From positions 129,898 to 193,897 of the forward strand of contig JAWQFM010000031.1 of NCBI GenBank assembly GCA_033442325.1: a stretch of DNA of 64,000 nt, given 5' to 3'. This document shows, piece after piece, positions 1-12,013 of this stretch; within the stretch, counting starts at the first letter, position 1; the number at the start of each line of letters is the position of its first letter. This DNA comes from Salpingoeca rosetta (lineage: Eukaryota; Protista; Choanoflagellata). A program made the position numbers and the translations under genes. The notes under the pieces are model-generated. The model had not been told where the DNA came from. It ran no database searches and worked only from the letters and a program-made list of their open reading frames with translations.

Positions 1-3000
1 TGGAGCGGAAGCGGAAGGGGATGACAACCGACGAGTGCGCAGGGATGGTCCACCGTGGTTTCTCCAACACAGCGTGCTGCGGCTGCTCACCAGAAGCGCC
101 ACCACCGCCACCACCGCACAGCAAATTGCTGCTGCCGTCGCCCCAGTCACCAGCAGTGCCGCTCTGCGACAGGTCCTTCTTCTTCTTCGTCAGCGTGTCG
201 CGCTTTGACGAGCGCGGGCGGCGGCCCGATGGCGTGCGTGCACTCGCACCACCCGCGTCCTTGGCCGGCGTCGACGTGCTGCCGCTGGTGGGCTTCTTCC
301 GCAGCTTGCCACGCTTGCTCGACTCCGCCTCCTCCTCTTCCGCCTGCTTTGCCTCCAGCGCAGCGGCCTCAGCTGCTGCTGCTGCCCGCCTGTACCGTAC
401 CAGCCGGTCCACAAACTCAAATCGTCCGTTTGAGTCAAACGGAATCGGGTCCAGCAGCTCTGGGCGCGTCACCACCGTAAAGTCCACGGGCTCGTGCTGG
501 TCACGCTCGCTCTCGTCCTGGCGCAGGCGCACAAAGGCAAGGTTCTCCTTGCGCGGCAGCAGCGGGTGCGTCATGAGAGCTGTGGCTGTGTCCTCTGCAG
601 TCTTGTCTGCGGGGACGGCAACAACAGGCACAAACTGTGGGCCTGCATCTGCTTCGCCGCCGTCTTGCTGATCACCGCCCATACCATCACCACCACCAAG
701 ACCGCTGCCACCGTCAGCGCCGCTGCCGTCTGTCGTCGCAGCGCCAGCGCCACTCGTGTTGTTTCCTGTGCCCGCGCCTTGCCCCTGTGTGGGCAGGTTC
801 AGGTCGGGCTTGGAGGAGCTTGCCTGCAGACGCTTGTTACGGCGGCCAGGCAGCGGGGACGTTGCCTCGTTCTGCGGCGCAGTGATGTCACGCACGAGGG
901 TGCACGAGCGAAGATCAAACGCATCGACGGCGCGCATAATCACTTCGTCCTCCGCAGCGGACGCCAGCACCTCCTCCTTGAACGGGGTGGGCGACAGGTT
1001 GGTCAGGTCAGTGTCGTCGCGGGCGTTGTTGCCTGCGTTGGCACCGGCACCACCGCGTCCACCGCCGCCGCCACCGCCACGATGCCGCTGACCACCACCA
1101 CCACCACCACCAGCGACGTTGCTGCCGTGGTGGGCCTGTGATGTGCGTCCGTGGTGGCCCTGCTGGCCGGGCTGGGCGAGCGTCGGCCCCTGCTGCGAGG
1201 ACCGCCCACTGCCAGCGTCGAGGTTGGCTGGGCCGGGGCTTGCGCTGGCCTTCATGCCCTGCTGCTGGCTATTTGCCCCTGGCGGGTGCACGGAGCGGCG
1301 GCGGCTGCGGGACCGCGACCGCTGCTTGTTCGACTTTTCAATCTCCTCTCGCATGCGCGCCTCCTCCTCGGCCTGCGCCTTCTTCAGCTCGCGCTGCTTG
1401 CGGCGGTACGCGCGCACCTGCATGTCGTACGCGTGCTGCTCCTCCGGCGACATGGCGTCGTACTCGTCCTCGTCAATCTCGGGTGGCGCGTCCAGCTCCG
1501 TGTCCTCGCGGGCAGGCTGCTGCCGTGCCTTGATCACGCGCTCGCGGTGCTCGCCCATCAGCCGCTCAACGCACACCGCCTGGTCAACCTCTAGCCGCAC
1601 AAAGTAGAGGTGCTCGCGGCGGTTCAGCGCGGCCAGCCACGCCGTCAGCACCGTCACGCGGTCAGCAAACACGGACGTGAGGCCATCGACCACAACGCCA
1701 TTCATGGTGTCGCCCTGGCGCACGCGCCACCGCAAAAGCGCCACCAGCATGTCGTGGGGCACGGGGCGGGCCATGCTGAACATCTCCTCAACAGGGTCCA
1801 CGGGCACAGTGGGCTTTCCGTGCGGGTCTGTAACGCTGGCGTTCGTGTGCCTGCGCTCGCCCAGGGTGGCCGAGGCAGATGTGCCGCGACGCGAGGTGGT
1901 GGCGCTGCTCTTGCGTGACTGCCGTAGGTGCTGTGTCATGGAGCGTGGGCGGGATTGCCTCCGCTCATCGCCTTCGCCACCGGCGTGCAGCTGCTGTTGC
2001 GAGACACTGTCGCGTGCGCCAGAGGCACCTGACTCCCGACGTGGAAGTGCAGGGGACGTGTGTTCGCTCGTGCGGCCATCCCCACGCGAGGTTGACGAAG
2101 CAACAGCAGCAGCAGCAGCAGCGTTGGCACGCATGCCTTGCTTTGTCGCCGACCCACGCCTGCTGGACGGCTTTGAGCGCGGCATCTTGCCACTGTCCTC
2201 CTCCTCTGCAGCAGCAGCCACCTCGCTCTGATGCAGCTCGAGCAGGTACTTGCGGATGGCGCGTGCCTCGGACGTGTCTGCCTTGATGGCTTCGCGAACA
2301 ACCGTGTCCAGGTCCAGGATGACAGATTCGTAGTGCGCAGCTGCCGCTTTGCACAGCGTGGACTTACCAGAGGCGCGTGGGCCGTGCACAATCATGTTCA
2401 CGCCACCCATGTCGTTGCGAAGCATGCGCTCGTACCGTTCACCGCCAAGGTAGCGCGTGAGAATGTCCTCCACCAGTTTCACCGCCTCGGGGTTCTCCGG
2501 TGCTCGGTTGTTGCCACCGCTACCACCACCGGCACCACTGACATTGACGCTTGCATCAAGGGCGGTGCTGCTGCGGCGTGGGTCTGAGGCAACGCTTGCT
2601 TGCACAGACAGCAGCGGGCGAGACGAGCGCACAGAGGACTGACGCACCAGACCACCCGGCCGTGTGCCCTGGCGCTGAAGTTTTGACGCCAGCTGTGGTG
2701 GCAGGTGCTGCTGCTGTTGCATGGTGACTTGCGAGAGCGGGTGTGCGCTGGAGGTTGGGGGTGCAGGGGTGCTTGACGTGCCTACACTAGGCCCACCAAG
2801 CATGTCCACCAGCACATCCGCGGTGCTGCGGCGATCACCGTCCTCCTCGTCGTTGTCGGCATCCGTGATGGAGATGGCACGCGCCATGTGTGCGCGCGCG
2901 TACCGCAGCACAGCCTCGGGCAGCCTATCGCCTGGCTGGCGTGGCGGCAGCAGCAGGCGGTCCTTACGGTCGTAGCCGCCAAGCAGCCGCAGGGCATCCG

Positions 3001-4763
3001 TCTCGCGACGCACCTGCCGATCATACTCCACAGAGAAGATCTCAACAGGCTCGTCACCGTCGTTTGTGACGGCGATGGTGCCCTCCTTGCCCGCACCGCG
3101 CGGCATGACGGGGCCAAGCTCAACGCTCGTCGTGTGGAAGTGCAGCTTCTGGTCGGCGCCGCGGCCGTGCAGTTCAACGTACACGGGGTCCTTGCGGTCC
3201 TTGATGGTGAAGGGCAGGTTGGTGGTGTAACGCATCTCGTCCGTCGGGTAAAAGCGGATGGTGACGGTCATGGACTGCTCGGGCTCAAGACAGCCCGTGG
3301 TCGGGTACACCTCAAACGCCTTGGCCATGTCACGCTGGTGCCGCTCCTGCGCCTGCTGCTTCTTCGACCAGTGTGGCGGAATGGGCTTATCGCGTCGCAC
3401 TGCCGACCACTCGCACGGCACGGGCTGCTCGTTGGTGAGCGTGATGGTGATTTGCCTGCACATGCCCACGGCGAGCGAGCCAAAGCTGAGCTTCTTGGCG
3501 CTGGGCGTGAACGCCGGCACGCACACGTTCGCGCGCACCTCCACCATCATGCGTGGGCCATCCCGCACGCACACGGCAACCGTTTCGTTGAGAGGGCCCT
3601 CGGGGTAGTCGTTGCGCAGGGTGCTGGCGGTGCAAAGGGTGATGGTGATGTCCACCTCCTGTGCCGGTGGCACATCGACTACCTTTTGCGGGGCCACGCT
3701 GATGCCGCGCTCGGCGAGCTTGGACAGCAGGCGCTTGGGCACGTCGAAGGTGACGGTGAAGGGGGACGGGTTGACCACCTGGATTGTCTTGGAGGTGGAG
3801 TAGCCACGCACGATGGCGCCCAGGTCGCAGATGTACGGGTGCAGGGCAACCTTGGTGATGGGCAGGGCGGAGCGACGCGTCGTGAGCAGGGCAGACTTGA
3901 GGGCAGCCCGGTCAAACTCTGCATCAAAGCGCACGCTCTCATCCACGGCCACAAAGGCGTCGCTGTCGCCCACGTCATACTCCGGCGCCGGGTTGGCGGC
4001 GAGCTTGCGGCAGTGCGCAACCATGTTCTTGTCCTGGGACTGCAGGTCACGCGGGAGGCGCGCAGCAATCAGCGGCACCGCCGTTGTGCCCACGACGTGA
4101 ATGGAACAGGGCGAGAGCGTGCCCACCTGCAGGCGTACGTACTCCTCAAAGCGGTCGGGCGTGCTTGCAAGCAAATGCACCTGCAGGGGAACCTTGCCGT
4201 GCGCGGTGATGACGCCGGACGCAGGCTCCACCCGGACAAGCTGCGGTTGCGAGATGACGCTAAAGGGCAAGGGCAGCGAGTCCTCGTTTCGAATGACCAC
4301 CGTCTGCGACGAGCGCTTCAGTTGCATCAGGGCCACGTTGTGAAACACGAGCTTCTCCTGGCTCAGCCTGTACCGCTCCGTGGTTGTGATGCCCCTGAGC
4401 GTGAAGTCGTACGAGGCGCCGCCCACAATGTCGCAGCGCGCCTGGGCCTGGCACAGACCCTCCGCCAGCGCAAAGTACGACACGTACGCGGTGATGGACG
4501 CGCCAGAGGGGAGGTGCCCGCACACGGGGACAATGTCGAAGATGCGAGACTCCTGCGGCTGGCACGCCGCCATGGCCCGCGCGCTCTTTGCATTGACAGC
4601 ACCGCGCCCGCGCGCAAGCGGCGCTTCTGCGGCATCTGAATTGGTGGAAACGGTGACGGAGGGTGCTGCCGTCTCTGTAGCGCTCGTTGCTGCCGTCGCT
4701 GCCGGTGACGCCGAGGAGGTGGCCCTGGGCCGGCCGCGTGGGGTGGCGGGGCTGCCCCGGGTG

Positions 4764-4801
<38 letters not shown>

Positions 4802-7800
4802 GGGAGGTGCTGAGGCGTCAGAGGGGGCTGCGCTTGTGTCACTGATTGGCCTGTCACCACCAGCAGTCTGCAGCGCAGAGTGCAGCTCGGCAGTTGAGTC
4901 TGCGGTGGACCCGTCTGTCGAGGCAGGCGGCGACGACGACGTCGTCGGGCCATCGCCCGCGGCTGTGGCCGTGCTCACACCAGCAGTGTCAGCACCGCCA
5001 CCCACACGCCCCTGAACCAAACGCTGCTGGTTGGTGTTGGTGTTGGTGGTGGTGTTGGTGTTGGTGTTGACGTTGTTTGCGGCTGCGCTGTCCTCTGTGA
5101 TTGGAGTGAGGAACGACCAGCGGAAGGAGAGGTCCATGGGGCTCGGGTTGGTGAGGGTGACGGGGATCACAGCCGTCGTGTCGTGCATGACGCTGCCGCA
5201 GTCAATCACGCCATCATCGTGCGAGAAGGCAATGTTCGGGTAGAACACCTGTGCCTCCAGGTCCACGCCGTCGCTGGGTGCGTCCTCCGCATACGAGATG
5301 TGCAGCCTGCCCGTGTCCCGCCGCGTGAACATGTCTGTGCGGTGCAGCGGGTTGTACACGATGCCCACGGGCAAGTCGTCGCCAGAGGCCACCTGCACCG
5401 AGCGTGCACCGCCCTCAAGCAGGAAGGGCGGGTCAATGTCAAGCTCAGCATACACGGGCAGTGGAGACGCGTTGTGCAACACCACCTGCTTCCATTGGGG
5501 CGTGCTGTCGTCTTGGTCAGACCGCCACACAAAGCGGAGCTTGCTTGCGTCAGGGAGGAGCAACGGGCGAATGAAGTTCGCATGCACCTTCATGCGGTAG
5601 CACAGCTTCTGCTTCACCGTGCCCTCCACACACGCCGTGCACAGCAGCGTCTCGTGCACCTCCTGAATGTTGTTGATGTACCCGCGCACGGCAACCGTCG
5701 TCGCCTCGCCCTGCTTGAGTGTCACCGCCTCCGGCCACACGCCAAAGACAGAGTAGTCTGGGTCGGGCGGGTTTGGGCACACGGGCGTGCGCTTCTTGCG
5801 GAAGGTGCTGCCACGCATCACGGTGCAGTGGCCGTCAACTGCGGGGCCCGGTGCGTCCAGCTTGAAGGTGACGCGCTGCGTGTATCGCCCCTTGTTGGTG
5901 ACCTCAAGCACGCGCTCGCACTCACGCGAGGCAAACTGCTGCCCAAAGTCGATGGTGCGAACATCCTGGTCAAACACAATGGTGGGGCCTTTACCCTGCA
6001 CCCGCAGCTGCACATGCTGGTCCTCGCTGTTGGGCACGCGCACCACAAGCACGTCCTCAAACACGCGCGGGTCGTTGAGGGCGAGGTGCACGTGCACGTC
6101 TGTGGCGGCGCCGGGCTCCAGTCGCCCGCTCTGCGGCTCACACCAAAACGCCGAATTGCGGCCAGGAATGACGCAATCAAACGTGGCAGCGATGGAGGAC
6201 TCGTTCGAGAGCGCCACCGTCTTCACAATGTCCTGGAGCACGGGCACGGTGCCCCAGTCCAAACGCGTTTCGTTCGGCGCAATCACGGCGCCCTGCCCGA
6301 TGCAGCGCACAGTGACCTTGAGGGGCGGGTCTGGCGATCCAAGCACCTCAAACTCAGCCACGGCCTCCACGGCACCCAGCACGTGCGTGCGCAACTCCAG
6401 AGCCACGTCCGTTGTGGCGTTGGGCGCAAGCACGCCCGACTGAGGGGAGCATGACAGCTCCACGCGCGGTTTGCGCCGCCGCCCTTGCGCATTGGCGTTG
6501 GTGTTCGTGGTGCTGTTGGTGATCGTATCGTCGTCTGCTTGTTCGCCTTGGGGACGACGTGCATGCGCTGGTTCACCCCAGCTGTCAACCTCATCTTCGT
6601 CATCACCACCATCATCACCACCATCACCATCGTCATCATCGTCGTCGTCATCATGTGGTGCGAGGGGCAGGAGCTGGTACTTGGCGGGCATGGCGGATGG
6701 GTTGCGGAACACGACCGTTGCGGTGTAAGGGAAGCCGAGGAAGCAGCGGTGGTAGTCGAGTTGCGTCGACACCAGTTCAATCTCGGGCACAACGCACGTT
6801 GCCGTGACGGGGAGCACCAGCGCCTCTGTCGCCACGCCGGGGATGTCCAGGGCGAGGGAGAGGTCGTAGTTCTCCGTCCACTTTGGCGTGATGTCAACAG
6901 CAATGCGGCGCGCGCCGTGTGCAGGGATTGTGTCCGCTGGCGGGTCAATCTCAACCTCGCTCGCTGCTGGCGTGTCCTCGGGCAGGCGCAGTGCATACTG
7001 CATGGGGATGGGGCTGGTGTTGGAGAGGGTGATGTACCTGGTGGTGGGGAAGCCAAAGGGCACGGGCCCAAAGTCCAGCTCGTCCACGTCGCACTCAAAG
7101 GAAGGGCCGACAACGGTGCCCTGGAAGGTGATGAAAACGGGATCAACAGCACCCTCGGCCTCGCACAGGAACGCCGTGTCCACCGTCCCCAGCACGCTTG
7201 CATCCAGCGTCACCTGTGGTTGGAGGGCAGGGGGGAAAGGAAAGGAAAAAGGGGGGGGGGAGGGGGAAGAAATGTGCCGTGGTGGTGGTGATGAAGGTGA
7301 TGATGAGGAGGAACAAGAAGGGAAGATGAGGGGAGGGGTGCAGGAGGAAGAAACCACGGCGGAGCGCGCTTCACACGTGCAACTGTGAAACACGACAGCA
7401 AAACAGCACACACACACACACGTACATGCACATACACACGTGATCACACACGCAGACACAAAGCAATCACAACACAAACACACACTGCGGCTCCACTACA
7501 CTTCACTTCGCAACACGACACCGAGCACTCCGCAACACGGCAGGCGCACCTCGATGGTGGCCGTTTCGCCAACAGGGAGAACGCCCTCGCTCGGTGTGAA
7601 GGTGAAACAGGAGTAGAGACCGCCGTCATCGCGCGGCTCAATCGCAAACGGCGCATCAATGTCCCCCATGTTGGAGAGCGTCAGCGTGTACGTGTGGGAG
7701 CTGCCGATGAACACCTGCCCAATGTCGATGGCGTCGACATCAAACTCGACCAGCGGGCCAACGCCCGTTCCCCGCAGCTTCAGTGGCAGGCGCTCCTCTT

Positions 7801-9786
7801 GCCCTGCGGTGGTGATGATGGTGGTGATGATGGTGGTGATGGTGGTGACGATGGTGGTGGTGGCGATGGGTTGGTCGGTGGTGATGGCGGTGAGAGGAAA
7901 TGTCATCAAACTTGTGCCGCAGGTTGCAGCTTGCAGCTGGTGACATATAAACGCACACGCACAAGCGCAGCGGCGAGGCCTAAGGAGGCCAGGCAAAGCA
8001 GGCAGAGCAGACAGAGCAGGTAGAGCAGGCATGGGATCAGGTGCTTTCTTTGGGTGCACACCTGTGATGTCGAGAAACGCGTCCCGGATATCAGGGCCCG
8101 CCACGTCTGGATGGAATGTCACCACAAACTCTTGCTCCTGTTCAAAGGCAACAGGTGGTGAGAATGGTGAGAATGGGAGGAAAAGGTGAGCGTAAGCGTG
8201 ACAGTGAATGGCGGAGGGAAGAGGGGAAGATATGGAGTCGTGGCGAATCCAAACACACACACACACATACACACACACATACACACATTAATCCCTCCCC
8301 CCCCCCTCACACACACATAATAACACCACCACCACCACCACCACCACCCATCCTTCCCACTCACGGCGTTGGGCCAGATCTGCCCGGAGACGGGCTCGAC
8401 AGAGAACGCCTCGTCGCCCTCAAACGTCTGCTCGTCATCCTCAATCGCGCGCCGCTGGTCCTGGTGCTTGCGGGCAAGGATGGACATGCCATGCGACACC
8501 GTTGGGTCCTCGGACAGCATGCGCAAGAACTCGTCCTGCTCCTCCACCTGCGTGGTGTCGATGGCAGCAATGACCTCCGTCTTGAGCGTGCCCTCCTCCT
8601 CCTCGCCCTTGAAGCGCTTCCACGCAAAGTCCGCGACGACGCTGCTGCGGTTGAACACGCGCACCACGCGCTGGCTGCTTTGCGTGATAAACGTGTTTTC
8701 AAAGCGCAGCGACGAGCGTTCCAGCCGCACGCTCGCGTTCTCTGCCGTGCCGGCCACGGTGGCGGCTACGGCCTCCCCAGTGCCCATATGCAGCGTGAGC
8801 GGGGCCACGTGGGTCGTGCACGCGCGCGGGTCAAAGGTGACGGCGAGCTGCGTGACTGCACCGGCATCCAGTGCGCCCGTTGCAGGCTGCACGCTGAAGG
8901 GCGGGTCCACCTCAAAGGAGAACTTGCCGGCGGCGGTGCCCACGTTGCGCATGGCGAGTGTCTTGGTGGTGGCGTGCTTCACCACGCACGTGTCAAAGGC
9001 AATGGTGTCGGGGAGGTCGAACACGGCGCGGCCGCCAACGGCCTGGATCGGCACAACAAACGTCTCCCGCTCCGTCACGCAGACAATCTCCTCTGCGTAG
9101 TCCTTGGTTGTGTCGGGGGTGAACTTGATGGTGTAGACGACCTCCACCCCCGGCGCAACTTTGCTGGCGCTGGTGGCGGGCTGCACAATTTCAAAGTAGG
9201 GCGACTCGAGCGGCATGAGGCGCAGCGACCGCGCAACGCTGTCAATGTTGCGGAAGGAGAGCGGCAGCGAGATGGTCTCGGACCCCTGGAAGTTCTGGAA
9301 GCGCACCGTGGACGGAAACGGCTGGAACAGCGGGCGGTCCACGTCCACTTTGGAGTCGCGGATGGGCTGTCGCGACGTCGCCGCCTCCGTGGTCAGCTCG
9401 ATAATCTCGGGCACGGTCATCGTGGTGGTGTTCTTGAGCAGCTCCTTTGAGTCCATCATCATCATGCTCATGAACTGGGACGGGGTCGGCAGCCCCGCTG
9501 AGGAGGATGATGATGATGCTGCTGCTGCATGCGGTGTGGTGCTGCTGGTGGCTGTTTTGCTGGTGGGGTTAGTGTGGTGCTGTGTGCCTGACTTGGAGCC
9601 ACCACGCTTGCTCCGGGTGGCAGCGGTTGGTGCATTGAGCGTGGTTGCCAGCGATGCCGGCGCCTCGCTCCGGGGAACAAGCTTCACCAGCCGCCGTGAC
9701 GACGACGACGACGAGGACGACGACGATGCTTGCGGCTGTGTTCCCAACGATGGTGGAGGCTGCTGTTGTGTTTTGTGTGTCGCCAT
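1..9786 (-). CDS. HYDIN: Hydrocephalus-inducing protein homolog (ciliary central-pair protein), 3'-partial; exons 9786-8365, 8137-8062, 7803-7550, 7213-<1
   Basis: GT-AG junctions join in frame (...GQIWPNA|EQEFVVTF...FLDITG|QEERLPLKLRGTGVGP...TIE|VTLDAS). Tandem ASH/PapD-like Ig domains (e.g. IDIGQVFIGSSHTYTLTLSNMGDIDAPF, LDFGPVPFGFPTTRYITLSNTSPIPMQY). Hydin adenylate-kinase-like region IVHGPRASGKSTL at ~2350-2392. The frame matches at spot-checked positions 7213, 4768, 2383 and 58 (PRWTIPAHSSV) and runs off the window, so the ORF track misses it. Confidence 0.9.
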
Positions 9787-9973
9787 GATGCCGGTCGGTG
9801 CTGATCAGCAGCAAGCGACGGCACAACTAAGCGCGCCAACAGCTGTGTGCCGGTTTGTTGTTGTCTATGATAGCGTGTGTACGAATGATGTGGATGTGTG
9901 TGGATGTGGATGGGGTGTGGGTGGGTTGGTGTTGCTGGTAGTAGTGGTTGGTGTGGTGGTTTGTCGTTGTTGT

Positions 9974-9985
9974 GTTCTTGGAAAC
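9974..9985 (-). promoter_or_regulatory. Candidate RFX/X-box-like site (GTTTCCAAGAAC on - strand) upstream of HYDIN
   Basis: Imperfect GTT...AAC palindrome ~190 bp upstream of the HYDIN ATG. RFX factors regulate ciliary genes, but the motif is short and could occur by chance. Confidence 0.35.
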
Positions 9986-10062
9986 CAAGGCACGAAAAAT
10001 AGCTATATTGTTCATACATTTCCAGCCAGTGAATTGGCTGTACACGACATCACAAGCTGGTG

Positions 10063-10103
<41 letters not shown>

Positions 10104-10150
10104 TGTGTGTTTGTGTGTGTGTGTGTGTGTGCTCGTCGTTGCACCCCTCT

Positions 10151-10198
10151 CCACTGCTCTCCATCTCCACTGCTCTCCATCTCCCCTGCTCTCCATCT
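10151..10198 (+). repeat. Three tandem copies of a 16-mer (CCACTGCTCTCCATCT)
   Basis: Visible directly next to a (GT)n tract in the intergenic region; the third copy has one mismatch. Confidence 0.7.
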
Positions 10199-10445
10199 CA
10201 CCCCCTTCTCTCGCGCTCTCCTTCTCTCTTCTGTTCAACTTTCCGCGCCATCAACGGCAGTGTCAAAGACAAAACTGACAACAGTCGAATGATCTAATAA
10301 TACTACAGCAGCTTCAATTAACACGCATCACGCTAATGTTGAACGTAATGTAACCAAACAAAACACACAAGCATGTACCTACACCCCCCAACTCACACAG
10401 CTCACAACGCACAACCCACAACGCACAAACAAACGTGCATGGCGG

Positions 10446-11795
10446 TTATGGGTCCTGGAGACAGAGGTCGATGGCTGGGGCGTTGATGAGAAGAACGTGG
10501 TTGGCTGCCGAGTATGGGAAGACAACAAGGGCGTTGTCGTTGTTGGGGGAGGCGTACGAAGGAAACGAGAAGCGCGCCGCCTTGGGAACCGTGTCAGGGA
10601 TGGCGTGTGTCGTCAGTGTGTCACGTTCCGGATCCACAACCAGCACGGTCGATGGCACCTCATAGGGCAGCGCGAGGATCTTGCCCATTCCCATCACCAT
10701 GGCGTGCCACCACTGGTGCTCTTCGTCCGTCTGCGCAAACGTGTCGATGGTCCGAGCAGCAACGTCGACAATGGCGACGTGTGTTGCCGATGACGGAATC
10801 ATAAACACGCGGCCATCGGGGGCGAGGGCGAGTGAAGAGAACACTGCACCGCCTTCTGGGGGAGTGAGTGGTGTGGCGACGATGACGCCCGTGTTCTTCA
10901 GGTTCACCGTTACCAGCGCCTTTGCATCCGTGGACACGCTCGCCAGGACCAGCTCTGTCGGGTGTTGTATGGGGTCAATCCACGGCGCTGACGTGGAGCT
11001 GGCGGAGAACTGGGCGAAGGAGGCGGAGAAGAGCGGCGTATTGTCAATGACCATCACCGCCTGCGCACGGCTCACGCTGAGGACTTTGCCATCAACCATG
11101 CTGGTGATGGGCCGCGTCCACAGGTCACCGCCACGTATCGGGTCAAACTGCTGCCATTCGTGGTTCTCCGGGTTGATGCGGATGATGGCGCCGCCGCTCT
11201 CTGGAATGACCATGATCATCCCCGAGGGCGTCTTGGTGCCGCCGATGCAGCGCACGCTGGGCGGCAGGGTAGCGATGGAGGTGATGTCGGCCGATTTGCT
11301 GTCCGGGTCGATGATGAGCACGCTCGTCGCCTCAAACGGCAGCATGAAGATGCGCCCGTCATCCGCCACCACGCCGTCGCACCACTTCTCCGCCGTCGAG
11401 GGCAGGCTGGCGATGCTGGTGAGGTCCACGGCCCGCGTCGCGGGATCAAAGATGAGGGCAGCGGACGCGGAGAACGGCACGCCAAAGACCAGCCCGTTCG
11501 GCGCCACCACGCTGGCAGCCCACAGCGGGTCTGTCATTCCGGACACGTCGGCCTCCAGCACGGGCACGGCGACAATTGGCGGCGGGTCACTGCACACGCG
11601 ATCTTTGAGCACCTGTAGCGCAATGTCGGTGCGCGCAAGCTCGTGCAGCACATCCACGCCGTTGAAGAAGATGCGCTGATGCGCGGCGTCTGTCGTGTTG
11701 ATGTGCAAATCCCCATCCCGCTCCTCAATGTGCGCGTTCGTGGCCCAAACTAGGGCCACACAGGTTGCAAACACAAGCGCAGCAAAGGTCGCCAT
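10446..11795 (-). CDS. Intronless secreted protein: signal peptide + INTTD/NGVDV N-terminal module + ~45-aa beta-propeller repeats
   Basis: Single ORF. Likely start MATFAALVFATCVALVWA (ATG 11795) reads as a signal peptide. Repeats of the form W..xV.A.[ND]G.[IV]F..P..A..VLI[IF]DP recur about 6-8 times with degeneration. Confidence 0.8.
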   Translation of the reverse strand: MATFAALVFATCVALVWATNAHIEERDGDLHINTTDAAHQRIFFNGVDVLHELARTDIALQVLKDRVCSDPPPIVAVPVLEADVSGMTDPLWAASVVAPNGLVFGVPFSASAALIFDPATRAVDLTSIASLPSTAEKWCDGVVADDGRIFMLPFEATSVLIIDPDSKSADITSIATLPPSVRCIGGTKTPSGMIMVIPESGGAIIRINPENHEWQQFDPIRGGDLWTRPITSMVDGKVLSVSRAQAVMVIDNTPLFSASFAQFSASSTSAPWIDPIQHPTELVLASVSTDAKALVTVNLKNTGVIVATPLTPPEGGAVFSSLALAPDGRVFMIPSSATHVAIVDVAARTIDTFAQTDEEHQWWHAMVMGMGKILALPYEVPSTVLVVDPERDTLTTHAIPDTVPKAARFSFPSYASPNNDNALVVFPYSAANHVLLINAPAIDLCLQDP

Positions 11796-12013
11796 GGAGA
11801 GGTCAAGGCGGCAACGATAAGGACGCACGTGGATGTGCATCGTGGTGATGATGTGATGGGGGAGGGGGTGGCGTTACGGACACAACCAGTCAAAAGACGC
11901 TGCTGAAGAACAAGCACGACCACAGCCAACAAGAGGTGGTCATCAAGGTTGGCTGTCGTGCCGAAAAATAGTTACATTTCCCATCAATTCTCCACAATCC
12001 AATTGAAAAAGGG

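Noticed and set aside
21-9450. Long + strand ORFs (e.g. 2888-4639, 5183-6454, 8116-9450)
   Set aside because: Antisense shadows of the GC-rich HYDIN coding strand, with no recognisable domains.
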